Assembly: GCA_964016885.1 (NCBI GenBank)
Contig: OZ024742.1
Coordinates: forward strand, 496,001 to 560,000
Source of the DNA: Eledone cirrhosa
Lineage: Eukaryota
DNA: 64,000 bases
Reading direction: 5' to 3'
The notes under the pieces are model-generated. The model was not told where the DNA came from. It made no database searches and saw only the letters and a list, made by a program, of their open reading frames with translations. The translations under genes and the position numbers were made by a program. Shown here in pieces: positions 40,201 to 54,832 of this stretch; position 1 is the first letter of the stretch, and each line of letters starts with the position of its first letter.

Positions 40201-43200
40201 TCTGGTGACAGGACAGTTATATGGACAGTTGCTGGTGACAGGACAGTTATATGGTCAGTTGCTGGTGACAGGACAGTTATATGGTCAGAGGCTGATGACA
40301 GGACAGTTATATGGTCAGTTTCTGGTGACACGACAGTTACATGGTCAGTTGCTGGTGACAGGACAGTTATATGGTCAGTTGCTGGTGACAGGACAGTCAT
40401 ATGGTCAGTTTCTGGTGACAGGACAGTTATATGGACAGTTGCTGGTGACAGGACAGTTATATGGACAGTTGCTGGTGACAGGACAGTTATATGGTCAGAG
40501 GCTGATGACAGGACAGTTATATGGTCAGTTTCTGGTGACACGACAGTTACATGGTCAGTTGCTGGTGACAGGACAGTTATATGGTCAGTTGCTGGTGACA
40601 GGACAGTTATATGGTCAGTTGCTGGTGACAGGACAGTTATATGGTCAGTTGCTGGTGACAACAGTTATATGGTCAGTTCCTTGTGACAGAACAGTTATAT
40701 GGTCAGTTGCTGGTGACAGGACAGTTATATGGTCAGTTGCTGGTGACAGAACAGTTATATGGTCAGTTGCTGGTGACAGAACAGTTATATGGTCAGTTGC
40801 TGGTGACAACAGTTATATGGTCAGTTGCTTGTGACAGAAGTTATATGGTCAGTTGCTGGTGACAGGACAGTTATATGGTCAGTTGGTGGTTACAGAACAG
40901 TTATATGGTCAGTTGCTGGTGACAGAACAGTTATATGGTCAGTTGCTGGTGACAGAACAGTTATATGGTCAGTTGCTGGTGACAACAGTTATATGGTCAG
41001 TTGCTTGTGACAGAACAGTTATATGGTCAGTTGCTTGTGACAGAACAGTTATATGGTCAGTTGCTGGTGACAGGACAGTTATATGGTCAGTTGCTGGTGA
41101 CAGAACAGTTATATGGTCAGTTGCTGGTGACAGAACAGTTATATGGACAGTTGCTGGTGACAGGACAGTTATATGGTCAGTTGCTGGTGACAAGACAGTT
41201 ATATGGTCAGTTGCTGGTGACAGGACAGTTATATGGTAAGTTGCTGGTGACAAGTTATATGGTCAGTTGTTGGTGACAGGACAGTTATATGGTCAGTTGA
41301 TGGTGACAGGACAGTTATATGGTCAGTTGCTGGTGACAACAGTTATATGGTCAGTTGCTGGTGACAGGAGAGTTATATGGTCAGTTGCTGGTGACAGGTC
41401 AGTTCTATGGTCAGTTGCTGGTGACAGGACAGTTACATGGTCAGTTGATGGTGACAGGAGAGTTATATGGTCAGTTGCTGCTGACAGGACAGTTATATGG
41501 TCAGTTGCTGGTGACAGGAAAGTTATATGGTCAGTTGCTGGTGACAGGAGAGTTACATGGTCAGTTGCTGGTGACCGGACAGTTATATGATCAGTGGCTG
41601 CTGACAGGAGTTATATGGTCAGTTGCTGGGGACAGGACAGTTATATGGTCAGTTGCTGGTGACAGGACAGTTACATGGTCAGTTGATGGTGACAGGAGAG
41701 TTATATGGTCAGTTGCTGCTGACAGGACAGTTATATGGTCAGTTGCTGGTGACAGGAGAGTTATATGGTCAGTTGCTGGTCACAGGAGAGTTACATGGTC
41801 AGTTGCTGGTGACCGGACAGTTATATGATCAGTGGCTGCTGACAGGAGAGTTATATGGTCAGTTGCTGGTGACAGGACAGTTACATGGTCAGTTGCTGGT
41901 GACAGCACAGTAATATGGTCAGTTGCTGGTGACAGGACAGTTACATGGTCAGTTGCTGGTGACAGGACAGTTACATGGTCAGTTGCTGGTAACAGGACAG
42001 TTATATGATCAGTGGCTGCTGACAGGAGTTATATGGTCAGTTGCTGGGGACAGGACAGTTATATGGTCAGTTGCTGGTGACAGGACAGTTACATGGTCAG
42101 TTGATGGTGACAGGAGAGTTATATGGTCAGTTGCTGCTGACAGGACAGTTATATGGTCAGTTGCTGGTGACAGGAGAGTTATATGGTCAGTTGCTGGTGA
42201 CAGGAGAGTTACATGGTCAGTTGCTGGTGACCGGACAGTTATATGATCAATGGCTGCTGACAGGACAGTTATATGGTCAGTTGCTGGTGAGAGGACAGTT
42301 ATATGGTCAGTTGCTGGTGACAGGACAGTTACATGGTCAGTTGCTGGTGACAGCACAGTTATATGGTCAGTTGCTGGTGACAACAGTTATATGGTCAGTT
42401 GCTGGTGACAGAACAGTTATATGGTCAGTTGCTGGTGACAGCACAGTTATATGGTCAGTTGCTGGTGACAGGAGAGTTATATGGTCAGTTGCTGGTGACA
42501 GGAGAGTTACATGGTCAGTTGCTGGTGACCGGACAGTTATATGATCAGTGGCTGCTGACAGGACAGTTATATGGTCAGTTGCTGGTGACAGGACAGTTAT
42601 ATGGTCAGTTGCTGGTGACAGGACAGTTACATGGTCAGTTGCTGGTGACAGCACAGTTAAATGGTCAGTTGCTGGTGACAACAGTTATATGGTCAGTTGC
42701 TGGTGACAGAACAGTTATATGGTCAGTTGCTGGTGACAGCACAGTTATATGGTCAGTTGCTGGTGACAGGACAGTTATATGGTCAGTTGCTGGTGACAGA
42801 ACAGTTATATGGTCAGTGGCTGGTGACAGGACAGTTATATGGTCAGTTGCTGGTGACAACAGTTATATGGTCAGTTGCTGGTGACAACAGTTATATGGTC
42901 AGTTGCTGGTGACAACAGTTATATGGTCAGTTGCTGGTGACAACAGTTATATGGTCAGTTGCTGGTGACAGGACAGTTATATGGTCAGTTGCTGGTGACA
43001 GGACAGTCATATGGTCAGTTGCTGGTGACAGGACAGTTATATGGACAGTTGCTGGTGACAGGACAGTTATATGGTCAGTTGCTGGTGACAGGACAGTTAT
43101 ATGGTCAGAGGCTGATGACAGGACAGTTATATGGTCAGTTTCTGGTGACACGACAGTTACATGGTCAGTGGCTGGTGACAGGTCAGTTATATGATCAGTT

Positions 43201-46200
43201 GCTGGTGACAGGACAGTTATATGGTCAGTTGTTGGTGGCAGGATAGTTATATGGTCAGTTGCTGGTTACAGAACAGTTATATGGTCAGTTGCTGGTGTCA
43301 GAACAGTTATATGGTCAGTTGCTGGTGACAACAGTTATATGGTCAGTTGCTTGTGACAGAACAGTTATATGGTCAGTTGCTGGTGACAGGACAGTTATAT
43401 GGTCAGTTGCTGGTGACAGAACAGTTATATGGTCAGTTGCTGGTGACAGAACAGTTATATGGACAGTTGCTGGTGACAGGACAGTTATATGGTCAGTTGC
43501 TGGTGACAGGACAGTTATATGGTCAGTTGCTGGTGACAAGTTATATGGTCAGTTGTTGGTGACAGGACAGTTATATGGTCAGTTGATGGTGACAGGACAG
43601 TTATATGGTCAGTTGCTGGTGACAACAGTTATATGGTCAGTTGCTGGTGACAGGAGAGTTATATGGTCAGTTGCTGGTGACAGGTCAGTTCTATGGTCAG
43701 TTGCTGGTGACAGGACAGTTACATGGTCAGTTGATGGTGACAGGAGAGTTATATGGTCAGTTGCTGCTGACAGGACAGTTATATGGTCAGTTGCTGGTGA
43801 CAGGAGAGTTATATGGTCAGTTGCTGGTGACAGGAGAGTTACATGGTCAGTTGCTGGTGACCGGACAGTTATATGATCAGTGGCTGCTGACAGGAGTTAT
43901 ATGGTCAGTTGCTGGGGACAGGACAGTTATATGGTCAGTTGCTGGTGACAGGACAGTTACATGGTCAGTTGATGGTGACAGGAGAGTTATATGGTCAGTT
44001 GCTGCTGACAGGACAGTTATATGGTCAGTTGCTGGTGACAGGAGAGTTATATGGTCAGTTGCTGGTGACAGGAGAGTTATATGGTCAGTTGCTGGTGACA
44101 GGAGAGTTATATGGTCAGTTGCTGGTGACAGGACAGTTATATGGTCAGTTGATGGTGACAGGAGAGTTATATGGTCAGTTGATGGTGACAGGAGAGTTAT
44201 ATGGTCAGTTGCTGCTGACAGGACAGTTATATGGTCAGTTGCTGGTGACAGGAGAGTTATATGGTCAGTTGCTGGTGACAGGAGAGTTACATGGTCAGTT
44301 GCTGGTGACCGGACAGTTATATGATCAGTGGCTGCTGACAGGACAGTTATATGGTCAGTTGCTGGTGAGAGGACAGTTATATGGTCAGTTGCTGGTGACA
44401 GGACAGTTACATGGTCAGTTGCTGGTGACAGCACAGTTATATGGTCAGTTGCTGGTGACAACAGTTATATGGTCAGTTGCTGGTGACAGAACAGTTATAT
44501 GGTCAGTTGCTGGTGACAGCACAGTTATATGGTCAGTTGCTGGTGACAGGACAGTTATATGGTCAGTTGCTGGTGACAGGAGAGTTACATGGTCAGTTGC
44601 TGGTGACAGGAGAGTTACATGGTCAGTTGCTGGTGACCGGACAGTTATATGATCAGTGGCTGCTGACAGGACAGTTATATGGTCAGTTGCTGGTGACAGA
44701 ATAGTTATATGGTCAGTTGCTGGTGACAGGACAGTTACATGGTCAGTTGCTGGTGACAGGACAGTTACATGGTCAGTTGCTGGTGACAGGACAGTTACAT
44801 GGTCAGTTGCTGGTGACAGCACAGTTATATGGTCAGTTGCTGGTGACAACAGTTATATGGTCAGTTGCTGGTGACAGAACAGTTATATGGTCAGTTGCTG
44901 GTGACAGCACAGTTATATGGTCAGTTGCTGGTGACAGGACAGTTATATGGTCAGTTGCTGGTGACAGAACAGTTATATGGTCAGTGGCTGGTGACAGGAC
45001 AGTTATATGGTCAGTTGCTGGTGACAACAGTTATATGGTCAGTTGCTGGTGACAACAGTTATATGGTCAGTTGCTGGTGACAGGACAGTTATATGGTCAG
45101 TTGCTGGTGACAGAACAGTTATATGGTCAGTGGCTGGTGACAGGACAGTTATATGGTCAGTGGCTGGTGACAGGACAGTTATATGGTCGGTTGCTGGTGA
45201 CAGAACAGTCATATGGTCAGTTGCTGGTGAGAGGACAGTTATATGGTCAGTGGCTGGTGACAGGACAGTTATATGTTCAGTGGCTGGTGAGAGGACAGTT
45301 ATATGGTCAGTGGCTGGTGACAGGACAGTTATATGGTCAGTGGCTGGTGACAGGACAGTTATATGGTCAGTGGCTGGTGACAGGACAGTTATATGGTCAG
45401 TGGCTGGTGACAGGACAGTTATATGGTCAGTGGCTGGTGACAGGACAGTTATATGGTCAGTTGCTGGTGACAGGACAGTTATATGGTCAGTGGCTGGTGA
45501 CAGGACAGTTATATGGTCAGTGGCTGGTGACACGACAGTTATATGGTCAGTGGCTGGTGACAGGACAGTTATATGGTCAGTGGCTGGTGACAGAACAGTT
45601 ATATGGTCAGTTGCTGGTGACAGGACAGTTATATGGTCAGTTGCTGGTGAGAGGACAGTTATATGGTCAGTGGCTGGTGACAGGACAGTTATATGGTCAG
45701 TTGCTGGTGAGAGGACAGTTATATGGTCAGTTGCTGGTGACAGGACAGTTATATGGTCAGTTGCTGGTGAGAGGACAGTTATATGGTCAGTGGCTGGTGA
45801 CAGGACAGTTATATGGTCAGTTGCTGGTGACAGAACAGTTATATGGTCAGTTGCTGGTGACAGGACAGTTATATGGTCAGTTGCTGGTGAGAGGACAGTT
45901 ATATGGTCAGTGGCTGGTGACAGGACAGTTATATGGTCAGTTGCTGGTGACAGAACAGTTATATGGTCAGTTGCTGGTGACAGGACAGTTATATGGTCAG
46001 TTGCTGGTGAGAGGACAGTTATATGGTCAGTGGCTGGTGACAGGACAGTTATATGGTCAGTTGCTGGTGACAGGACAGTTATATGGTCAGTTGCTGGTGA
46101 CAGGACAGTTATATGGTCAGTTGCTGGTGAGAGGACAGTTATATGGTCAGTGGCTGGTGACAGGACAGTTATATGGTCAGTTGCTGGTGACAGGACAGTT

Positions 46201-49200
46201 ATAAGGTCAGTTGCTGGTGTCAGGACAGTTATATGGTCAGTGGCTGGTGACAGGACAGTTATATGGTCAGTTGCTGGTGACAGGACAGTTATAAGGTCAG
46301 TTGCTGGTGACAGGACAGTTATATGGTCAGTTGCTGGTGACAGGACAGTTATAAGGTCAGTTGCTGGTGACAGGACAGTTATATGGTCAGTGGCTGGTGA
46401 CAGGACAGTTATATGGTCAGTGGCTGGTGACAGAACAGTTATATGGTCAGTTGCTGGTGACAGGAGAGTTACATGGTCAGTTGCTGGTGACCGGACAGTT
46501 ATATGATCAGTGGCTGCTGACAGGACAGTTATATGGTCAGTTGCTGGTGACAGGACAGTTATATGGTCAGTTGCTGGTGACAGGACAGTTACATGGTCAG
46601 TTGCTGGTGACAACAGTTATATGGTCAGTTGCTGGTGACAACAGTTATATGGTCAGTTGCTGGTGACAACAGTTATATGGTCAGTTGCTGGTGACAGGAC
46701 AGTTATATGGTCAGTGGCTGGTGACAGCACAGTTATATGGTCAGTTGCTGGTGACAGGACAGTTATATGGTCAGTTGCTGGTGACAGAACAGTTATATGG
46801 TCAGTGGCTGGTGACAGGACAGTTATATGGTCAGTTGCTGGTGACAACAGTTATATGGTCAGTTGCTGGTGACAACAGTTATATGGTCAGTTGCTGGTGA
46901 CAACAGTTATATGGTCAGTTGCTGGTGACAGGACAGTCATATGGTCAGTTGCTGGTGACAGGACAGTTATATGGACAGTTGCTGGTGACAGGACAGTTAT
47001 ATGGTCAGTTGCTGGTGACAGGACAGTTATATGGTCAGAGGCTGATGACAGGACAGTTATATGGTCAGTTTCTGGTGACACGACAGTTACATGGTCAGTG
47101 GCTGGTGACAGGTCAGTTATATGATCAGTTGCTGGTGACAGGACAGTTATATGGTCAGTTGTTGGTGACAGGATAGTTATATGGTCAGTTGCTGGTTACA
47201 GAACAGTTATATGGTCAGTTGCTGGTGTCAGAACAGTTATATGGTCAGTTGCTGGTGACAACAGTTATATGGTCAGTTGCTTGTGACAGAACAGTTATAT
47301 GGTCAGTTGCTTGTGACAGAACAGTTATATGGTCAGTTGCTGGTGACAGGACAGTTATATGGTCAGTTGCTGGTGACAGAACAGTTATATGGTCAGTTGC
47401 TGGTGACAGGACAGTTATATGGTCAGTTGCTGGTGACAGGACAGTTATATGGTCAGTTGCTGGTGACAAGTTATATGGTCAGTTGTTGGTGACAGGACAG
47501 TTATATGGTCAGTTGATGGTGACAGGACAGTTATATGGTCAGTTGCTGGTGACAACAGTTATATGGTCAGTTGCTGGTGACAGGAGAGTTATATGGTCAG
47601 TTGCTGGTGACAGGTCAGTTCTATGGTCAGTTGCTGGTGACAGGACAGTTACATGGTCAGTTGATGGTGACAGGAGAGTTATATGGTCAGTTGCTGCTGA
47701 CAGGACAGTTATATGGTCAGTTGCTGGTGACAGGAGAGTTATATGGTCAGTTGCTGGTGACAGGAGAGTTACATGGTCAGTTGCTGGTGACCGGACAGTT
47801 ATATGATCAGTGGCTGCTGACAGGAGTTATATGGTCAGTTGCTGGGGACAGGACAGTTATATGGTCAGTTGCTGGTGACAGGACAGTTACATGGTCAGTT
47901 GATGGTGACAGGAGAGTTATATGGTCAGTTGCTGCTGACAGGACAGTTATATGGTCAGTTGCTGGTGACAGGAGAGTTATATGGTCAGTTGCTGGTGACA
48001 GGAGAGTTATATGGTCAGTTGCTGGTGACAGGAGAGTTACATGGTCAGTTGCTGGTGACCGGACAGTTATATGATCAGTGGCTGCTGACAGGAGAGTTAT
48101 ATGGTCAGTTGCTGGTGACAGGACAGTTACATGGTCAGTTGCTGGTGACAGAACAGTTATATGGTCAGTTGCTGGTGACAGGACAGTTACATGGTCAGTT
48201 GCTGGTGACAGGACAGTTACATGGTCAGTTGCTGGTAACAGGACAGTTATATGATCAGTGGCTGCTGACAGGAGTTATATGGTCAGTTGCTGGGGACAGG
48301 ACAGTTATATGGTCAGTTGCTGGTGACAGGACAGTTATATGGTCAGTTGCTGGTGACAGGACAGTTACATGGTCAGTTGATGGTGACAGGAGAGTTATAT
48401 GGTCAGTTGCTGCTGACAAGACAGTTATATGGTCAGTTGCTGGTGACAGGACAGTTATATGGTCAGTTGCTGGTGACAGGACAGTTATATGGTCAGTTGA
48501 TGGTGACAGGAGAGTTATATGGTCAGTTGCTGCTGACAGGACAGTTATATGGTCAGTTGCTGGTGACAGGAGAGTTATATGGTCAGTTGCTGGTGACAGG
48601 AGAGTTACATGGTCAGTTGCTGGTGACCGGACAGTTATATGATCAGTGGCTGCTGACAGGACAGTTATATGGTCAGTTGCTGGTGAGAGGACAGTTATAT
48701 GGTCAGTTGCTGGTGACAGGACAGTTACATGGTCAGTTGCTGGTGACAGCACAGTTATATGGTCAGTTGCTGGTGACAACAGTTATATGGTCAGTTGCTG
48801 GTGACAACAGTTATATGGTCAGTTGCTGGTGACAGCACAGTTATATGGTCAGTTGCTGGTGACAGGACAGTTATATGGTCAGTTGCTGGTGACAGGAGAG
48901 TTACATGGTCAGTTGCTGGTGACAGGAGAGTTACATGGTCAGTTGCTGGTCACCGGACAGTTATATGATCAGTGGCTGCTGACAGGACAGTTATATGGTC
49001 AGTTGCTGGTGACAGGACAGTTATATGGTCAGTTGCTGGTGACAGGACAGTTACATGGTCAGTTGCTGGTGACAGGACAGTTACATGGTCAGTTGCTGGT
49101 GACAGCACAGTTATATGGTCAGTTGCTGGTGACAACAGTTATATGGTCAGTTGCTGGTGACAGAACAGTTATATGGTCAGTTGCTGGTGACAGCACAGTT

Positions 49201-52200
49201 ATATGGTCAGTTGCTGGTGACAGGACAGTTATATGGTCAGTTGCTGGTGACAGAACAGTTATATGGTCAGTGGCTGGTGACAGGACAGTTATATGGTCAG
49301 TTGCTGGTTACAACAGTTATATGGTCAGTTGCTGGTGACAACAGTTATATGGTAAGTTGCTGGTGACAACAGTTATATGGTCAGTTGCTGGTGACAGGAC
49401 AGTTATATGGTCAGTTGCTGGTGACAGAACAGTTATATGGTCAGTGGCTGGTGACAGGACAGTTATATGGTCAGTGGCTGGTGACAGGACAGTTATATGG
49501 TCGGTTGCTGGTGACAGAACAGTCATATGGTCAGTTGCTGGTGAGAGGACAGTTATATGGTCAGTGGCTGGTGACAGGACAGTTATATGGTCAGTGGCTG
49601 GTGAGAGGACAGTTATATGGTCAGTGGCTGGTGACAGGACAGTTATATGGTCAGTGGCTGGTGACAGGACAGTTATATGGTCAGTGGCTGGTGACAGGAC
49701 AGTTATATGGTCAGTTGCTGGTGACAGGACAGTTATATGGTCAGTCGCTGGTGACAGGACAGTTATATGGTCAGTGGCTGGTGACACGACAGTTATATGG
49801 TCAGTGGCTGGTGACAGGACAGTTATATGGTCAGTGGCTGGTGACAGAACAGTTATATGGTCAGTTGCTGGTGACAGGACAGTTATATGGTCAGTTGCTG
49901 GTGAGAGGACAGTTATATGGTCAGTGGCTGGTGACAGGACAGTTATATGGTCAGTTGCTGGTGAGAGGACAGTTATATGGTCAGTTGCTGGTGACAGGAC
50001 AGTTATATGGTCAGTTGCTGGTGAGAGGACAGTTATATGGTCAGTGGCTGGTGACAGGACAGTTATATGGTCAGTTGCTGGTGACAGGACAGTTATATGG
50101 TCAGTGGCTGGTGACAGGACAGTTATATGGTCAGTTGCTGGTGACAGGACAGTTATATGGTCAGTGGCTGGTGACAGGACAGTTATATGGTCAGTTGCTG
50201 GTGACAGAACAGTTATATGGTCAGTTGCTGGTGACAGGACAGTTATATGGTCAGTTGCTGGTGAGAGGACAGTTATATGGTCAGTGGCTGGTGACAGGAC
50301 AGTTATATGGTCAGTTGCTGGTGACAGGACAGTTATAAGGTCAGTTGCTGGTGACAGGACAGTTATATGGTCAGTTGCTGGTGACAGGACAGTTATATGG
50401 TCAGTTGCTGGTGAGAGGACAGTTATATGGTCAGTGGCTGGTGACAGGACAGTTATATGGTCAGTTGCTGGTGACAGGACAGTTACAAGGTCAGTTGCTG
50501 GTGTCAGGACAGTTATATGGTCAGTGGCTGGTGACAGGACAGTTATATGGTCAGTTGCTGGTGACAGGACAGTTATAAGGTCAGTTGCTGGTGACAGGAC
50601 AGTTATATGGTCAGTTGATGGTGACAGGACAGTTATAAGGTCAGTTGCTGGTGACAGGACAGTTATATGGTCAGTGGCTGGTGACAGGACAGTTATATGG
50701 TCAGTGGCTGGTGACAGAACAGTTATATGGTCAGTTGCTGGTGACAGGACAGTTATATGGTCAGTTGCTGGTGAGAGGACAGTTATATGGTCAGTGGCTG
50801 GTGACAGGACAGTTATATGGTCAGTGGCTGGTGAGAGGACAGTTATATGGTCAGTGGCTGGTGACAGGACAGTTATATGGTCAGTTGCTGGTGAGAGGAC
50901 AGTTATATGGTCAGTTGCTGGTGACAGGACAGTTATATGGTCAGTTGCTGGTGACAGGACAGTTATATGGTCAGTTGCTGGTGACAGGACAGTTATATGG
51001 TCAGTTGCTGGTGACAGGACAGTTATATGGTCAGTTGCTGGTGACAGGACAGTTATATGGTCAGTTGCTGGTGACAGGACAGTTATATGGTCAGTTGCTG
51101 GTGACAGGACAGTTATATGGTCAGTTGCTGGTGACAGGACAGTTATATGGTCAGTTGATGGTGACAGGACAGTTATATGGTCAGTTGCTGGTGACAGGAC
51201 AGTTATATGGTCAGTGGCTGGTGACAGAACAGTTATATGGTCAGTGGCTGGTGACAGGACAGTTATATGGTCAGTTGATGGTAACAGGACAGTTATATGG
51301 TCAGTGGCTGGTGACAGGACAGTTATATGGTCAGTGGCTGGTGACAGGACAGTTATATGGTCAGTTGTTGGTGACAGAACAGTTATATGGTCAGTTGCTG
51401 GTGACAGGACAGTTATATGGTCAGTTGATGGTGACAGGACAGTTACATGGTCAGTGGCTGGTGACAGAACAGTTATATGGTCAGTTGGTGGTGACAGGAC
51501 AGTTATATGGTCAGTTGATGGTGACAGGTCAGTTATATGGTCAGTTGCTGGTGACAGGACAGTTATATGGTCAGTTGCTGGTGACAGGACAGTTATATGG
51601 TCAGTGGCTGGTGACAGGACAGTTATATGGTCAGTGGCTGGTGACAGGACAGTTATATGGTCAGTTGGTGGTGACAGGACAGTTATATGGTCAGTTGCTG
51701 GTGACAGGACAGTTATATGGTCAGTGGCTGGTGACAGGACAGTTATATGGTCAGTTGCTGGTGACAGGACAGTTATATGGTCAGTGGCTGGTGACAGGAC
51801 AGTTATATGGTCAGTTGATGGTGACAGGTCAGTTATATGGTCAGTTGCTGGTGACAGGACAGTTACATGGTCAGTTGCTGGTGACAGGACAGTTATATGG
51901 TCAGTTGCTGGTGACAGGACAGTTACATGGTCAGTTGCTGGTGACAGGACAGTTATATGTTCAGTTGGTGGTGACAGGTCAGTTATAAGGTCAGTTGCTG
52001 GTGACAGGACAGTTATAAGGTCAGTTGATGGTGACAGGACAGTTATATGGTCAGTTGCTGGTGACAGGACAGTTATATGGTCAGTTGCTGGTGACAGGAC
52101 AGTTATATGGTCAGTTGCTGGTAACAGGAGAGTTATATGGTCAGTTGATGGTGACAGGACAGTTATATGGTCAGTTGATGGTGACAGGACAGTTATATGG

Positions 52201-52817
52201 TCAGTTGATGGTGACAGGTCAGTTATATGGTCAGTTGCTGGTGACAGGACAGTTACATGGTCAGTTGCTGGTGACAGGACAGTTATATGGTCAGTTGCTG
52301 GTGACAGGACAGTTATATGGTCAGTTGGTGGTAACAGGAGAGTTATATGGTCAGTTGCTGGTGACAGGACAGTTACATGGTCAGTTGCTGGTGACAGGAC
52401 AGTTATATGGTCAGTGGCTGGTGACAGAACAGTTACATGGTCAGTTGCTGGTGACAGGACAGTTATATGGTCAGTGGCTGGTGACAGGACAGTTACATGG
52501 TCAGTTGCTGGTGACAGGACAGTTATATGGTCAGTGGCTGGTGACAGGACAGTTATATGGTCAGTTGCTGGTGACAGGACAGTTATATGGTCAGTGGCTG
52601 GTGACAGAACAGTTACATGGTCAGTTGCTGGTGACAGGACAGTTATATGGTCAGTTGGTGGTGACAGGTCAGTTATATGGTCAGTTGATGGTGACAGGAC
52701 AGTTATATGGTCAGTGGCTGGTGACAGGACAGTTACATGGTCAGTTGCTGGTGACAGGACAGTTATATGGTCAGTTGGTGGTGACAGGACAGTTATATGG
52801 TCAGTTGCTGGTGACAG
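19204..52817. repeat. 33.6-kb satellite of 30-bp units (GGACAGTTATATGGTCAGTTGCTGGTGACA), ~1,100 copies
   Basis: Uninterrupted head-to-tail array in one orientation; 26-29-bp deletion variants restricted to ~24.5-49.4 kb; no TE insertion seen. Confidence 0.99.
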
Positions 52818-53034
52818 AAGAGCTGGAGACATGTCAAATATGGAACATGAGTGTCACTTGTCTTACATGTCTAGACTGTGACAATACACCCAACCCATGC
52901 CAGCATGGAGGAGGAATAGAGGGGGTAGCAGGGGGAGGGAGAGAAGAATGTGAAGATGGGGTGAGGAGGTGGGAGGATGGCGTCACCAAAAATAACTGAA
53001 AAGTTAACTATTCCAAAGAAAAGAATCTATACTG

Positions 53035-53240
53035 AGGCAGAAAGTTGAGAGTATAATAATAATTATTATTATTGTAAAGCCATCTTTCTAGCACAGTTAC
53101 GTCCCTTTACAGTCTGAGTTCAAATCCCGTCGAGGTTAACTTTGCCTTTCATCCTTATGGGGTCGATAAAATAAAGTACCAGTAATGTACTGGGTAATTG
53201 CTGGCCTGGTGCCAAAAGTAGAAACAATTATTATTATTGT
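53035..53240 (+). mobile_element. SINE-like repeat family A with (ATT)n tail
   Basis: B-box-like GAGTTCAAATCCC, then GAGGTTAACTTTGCCTTTCATCC..GGGGTCGATAAAATAAAGTACCAGT..GTGCCAAAAGTAGAAACAATTATT. Closely similar inverted copies at 55940 and 63093. Confidence 0.8.
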
Positions 53241-53321
53241 AAAGCCCCACTGTCCTTGTCTTTTTCTATTGTCCCCTATATGTAGGCTCTTGTGACCAAT
53301 AAGAAATTATTATCTTCATCA

Positions 53322-53600
53322 CTTATTCCTGAGGGGATTGTGGGGGCAGAGTCTTCAAACACTCCCTCTAGTGGGTCCTATCAGAAGCAACCGTCTCCAA
53401 TTGGTCCAGCTGGATACCTAAGCGAGATCAGCCAAGTTCATGGATGTTATCCAACCATCTTGCTCGGTGTTTACCCCTGGGTGTCCTGTTGGTTGCTTTT
53501 GTCTGTAAAATCTGTCCAGTGATTCTTTCCTGATACATTCTAACCAGATGTCCATAGAATCAGAGCTGTGATCTCTCAATTCAGAGAAGTAGTAGCTGTA
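53322..53600 (-). mobile_element. 3' remnant of a Rex3/Expander-like RTE LINE
   Basis: Reverse complement matches 3990-4262 (TCTGAATTGAGAGATCACAGCTCTGAT...AATTGGAGACGGTTGCTTC...GAGTGTTTGAAGACTC). Confidence 0.75.
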
Positions 53601-53861
53601 TCTGGAGCGACTCTCTGATCTCCAAGCTATGCACTCTATCAAGTAATTATAATTATTATTATTATTCAAAATGTTTCTTTTACAAAGTTTTTTCTCTTCA
53701 GTTTTAAATAACAGCCTTTTTATTAGGTAAAAAATCAATACCTACCTATGTTTGACATAAAAGAAGCTAAAAGGTTAGTTGTAATTGCAAAGGAGAGAAA
53801 AAATAGATATAGTTTAAATCTTTAAAATAGAAATCGTATAAGAACTAGTCCAGGAGAAGCA

Positions 53862-54450
53862 ACAACACCATCACTACCACCACCACCACCACTACCACCA
53901 CCAACACCACCACCACTACCACCAACGCCACTACCACCAACACCAACACCACCACTACCACCACCAACAGCACCACCACCACCAACAGCACCACCACCAC
54001 CATCACTGCCAACACCACCACCACCATCACTGCCAACACCACTACCACCACCACCACTACCAACACCATCATCACTGCCAACACCACTACCACCACCACT
54101 ACCATCACTGCCAACACCACCACCACAACCACCACCATCACTGCCAACACCACCACCACAACCACCACCACCACCACCACCGCCAACACCAACACCATCA
54201 CTGCCAACACCACCAACACCACCACCAACATCACTGCCAACACCACCACCACCAACACCACCACTACCAACACCACCACCATCACTGCCAACACCACCAC
54301 CACCAACACCATCACTGCCAACACCACCAACACCACCACTGCCAACACCACCAACACCACCACCAACACCAACACCACCACCGCCACCACTACCAACACC
54401 ACCACCATCACTGCCAACACCACCAACACCACCACCACTACCAACACCAC
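53862..54450. repeat. Imperfect (ACC)n trinucleotide tract with recurring CATCACTGCCAAC
   Basis: Direct reading; gives the Gly-rich and Val-rich ORFs. Confidence 0.9.
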
Positions 54451-54499
54451 AAGCAACAGACAGGAGCAAATCATTAAATTGGAAAATATAAAAATCCAA

Positions 54500-54793
54500 T
54501 CTATATATATAAAACTGAGGTTGTCTGTCTGTCTACTAAAACCTTCGGCACACATCTCCTCTTAAACCGTACGTTCAAATTTCAGTGAAATTGCTACACT
54601 TATAGATGAAGGTCCGGCAGAACCATCGGTCAAATAAATTTTCAAATAAGTTCTTGTTTTTGAACACCTTTAATTAATGAACACAAAAAGAGGTAAAATA
54701 ATTTACTTTGCCATCACCCCCTCCAGAACCACCACTGTATGTGTGACTGTGTGTGTGTGTGTGTGACTGTGTGTGTGTGTGTGTGTGTGTGTG

Positions 54794-54832
<39 letters not shown>

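Noticed and set aside
19204-52817. CRISPR-like array interpretation, also considered for the 48- and 55-bp arrays
   Set aside because: No unique spacers, no cas genes, eukaryotic context.
19201-52999. Plus-strand AGDRTVIWSV and LVTGQLYGQL ORFs (WD40-like appearance)
   Set aside because: The 30-bp unit is stop-free in several frames, frames switch at deletion units, and stops recur.
53822-54555. Gly-rich 225-aa ORF
   Set aside because: Translation of an imperfect (GGT)n tract, open in two frames, with no independent gene evidence.
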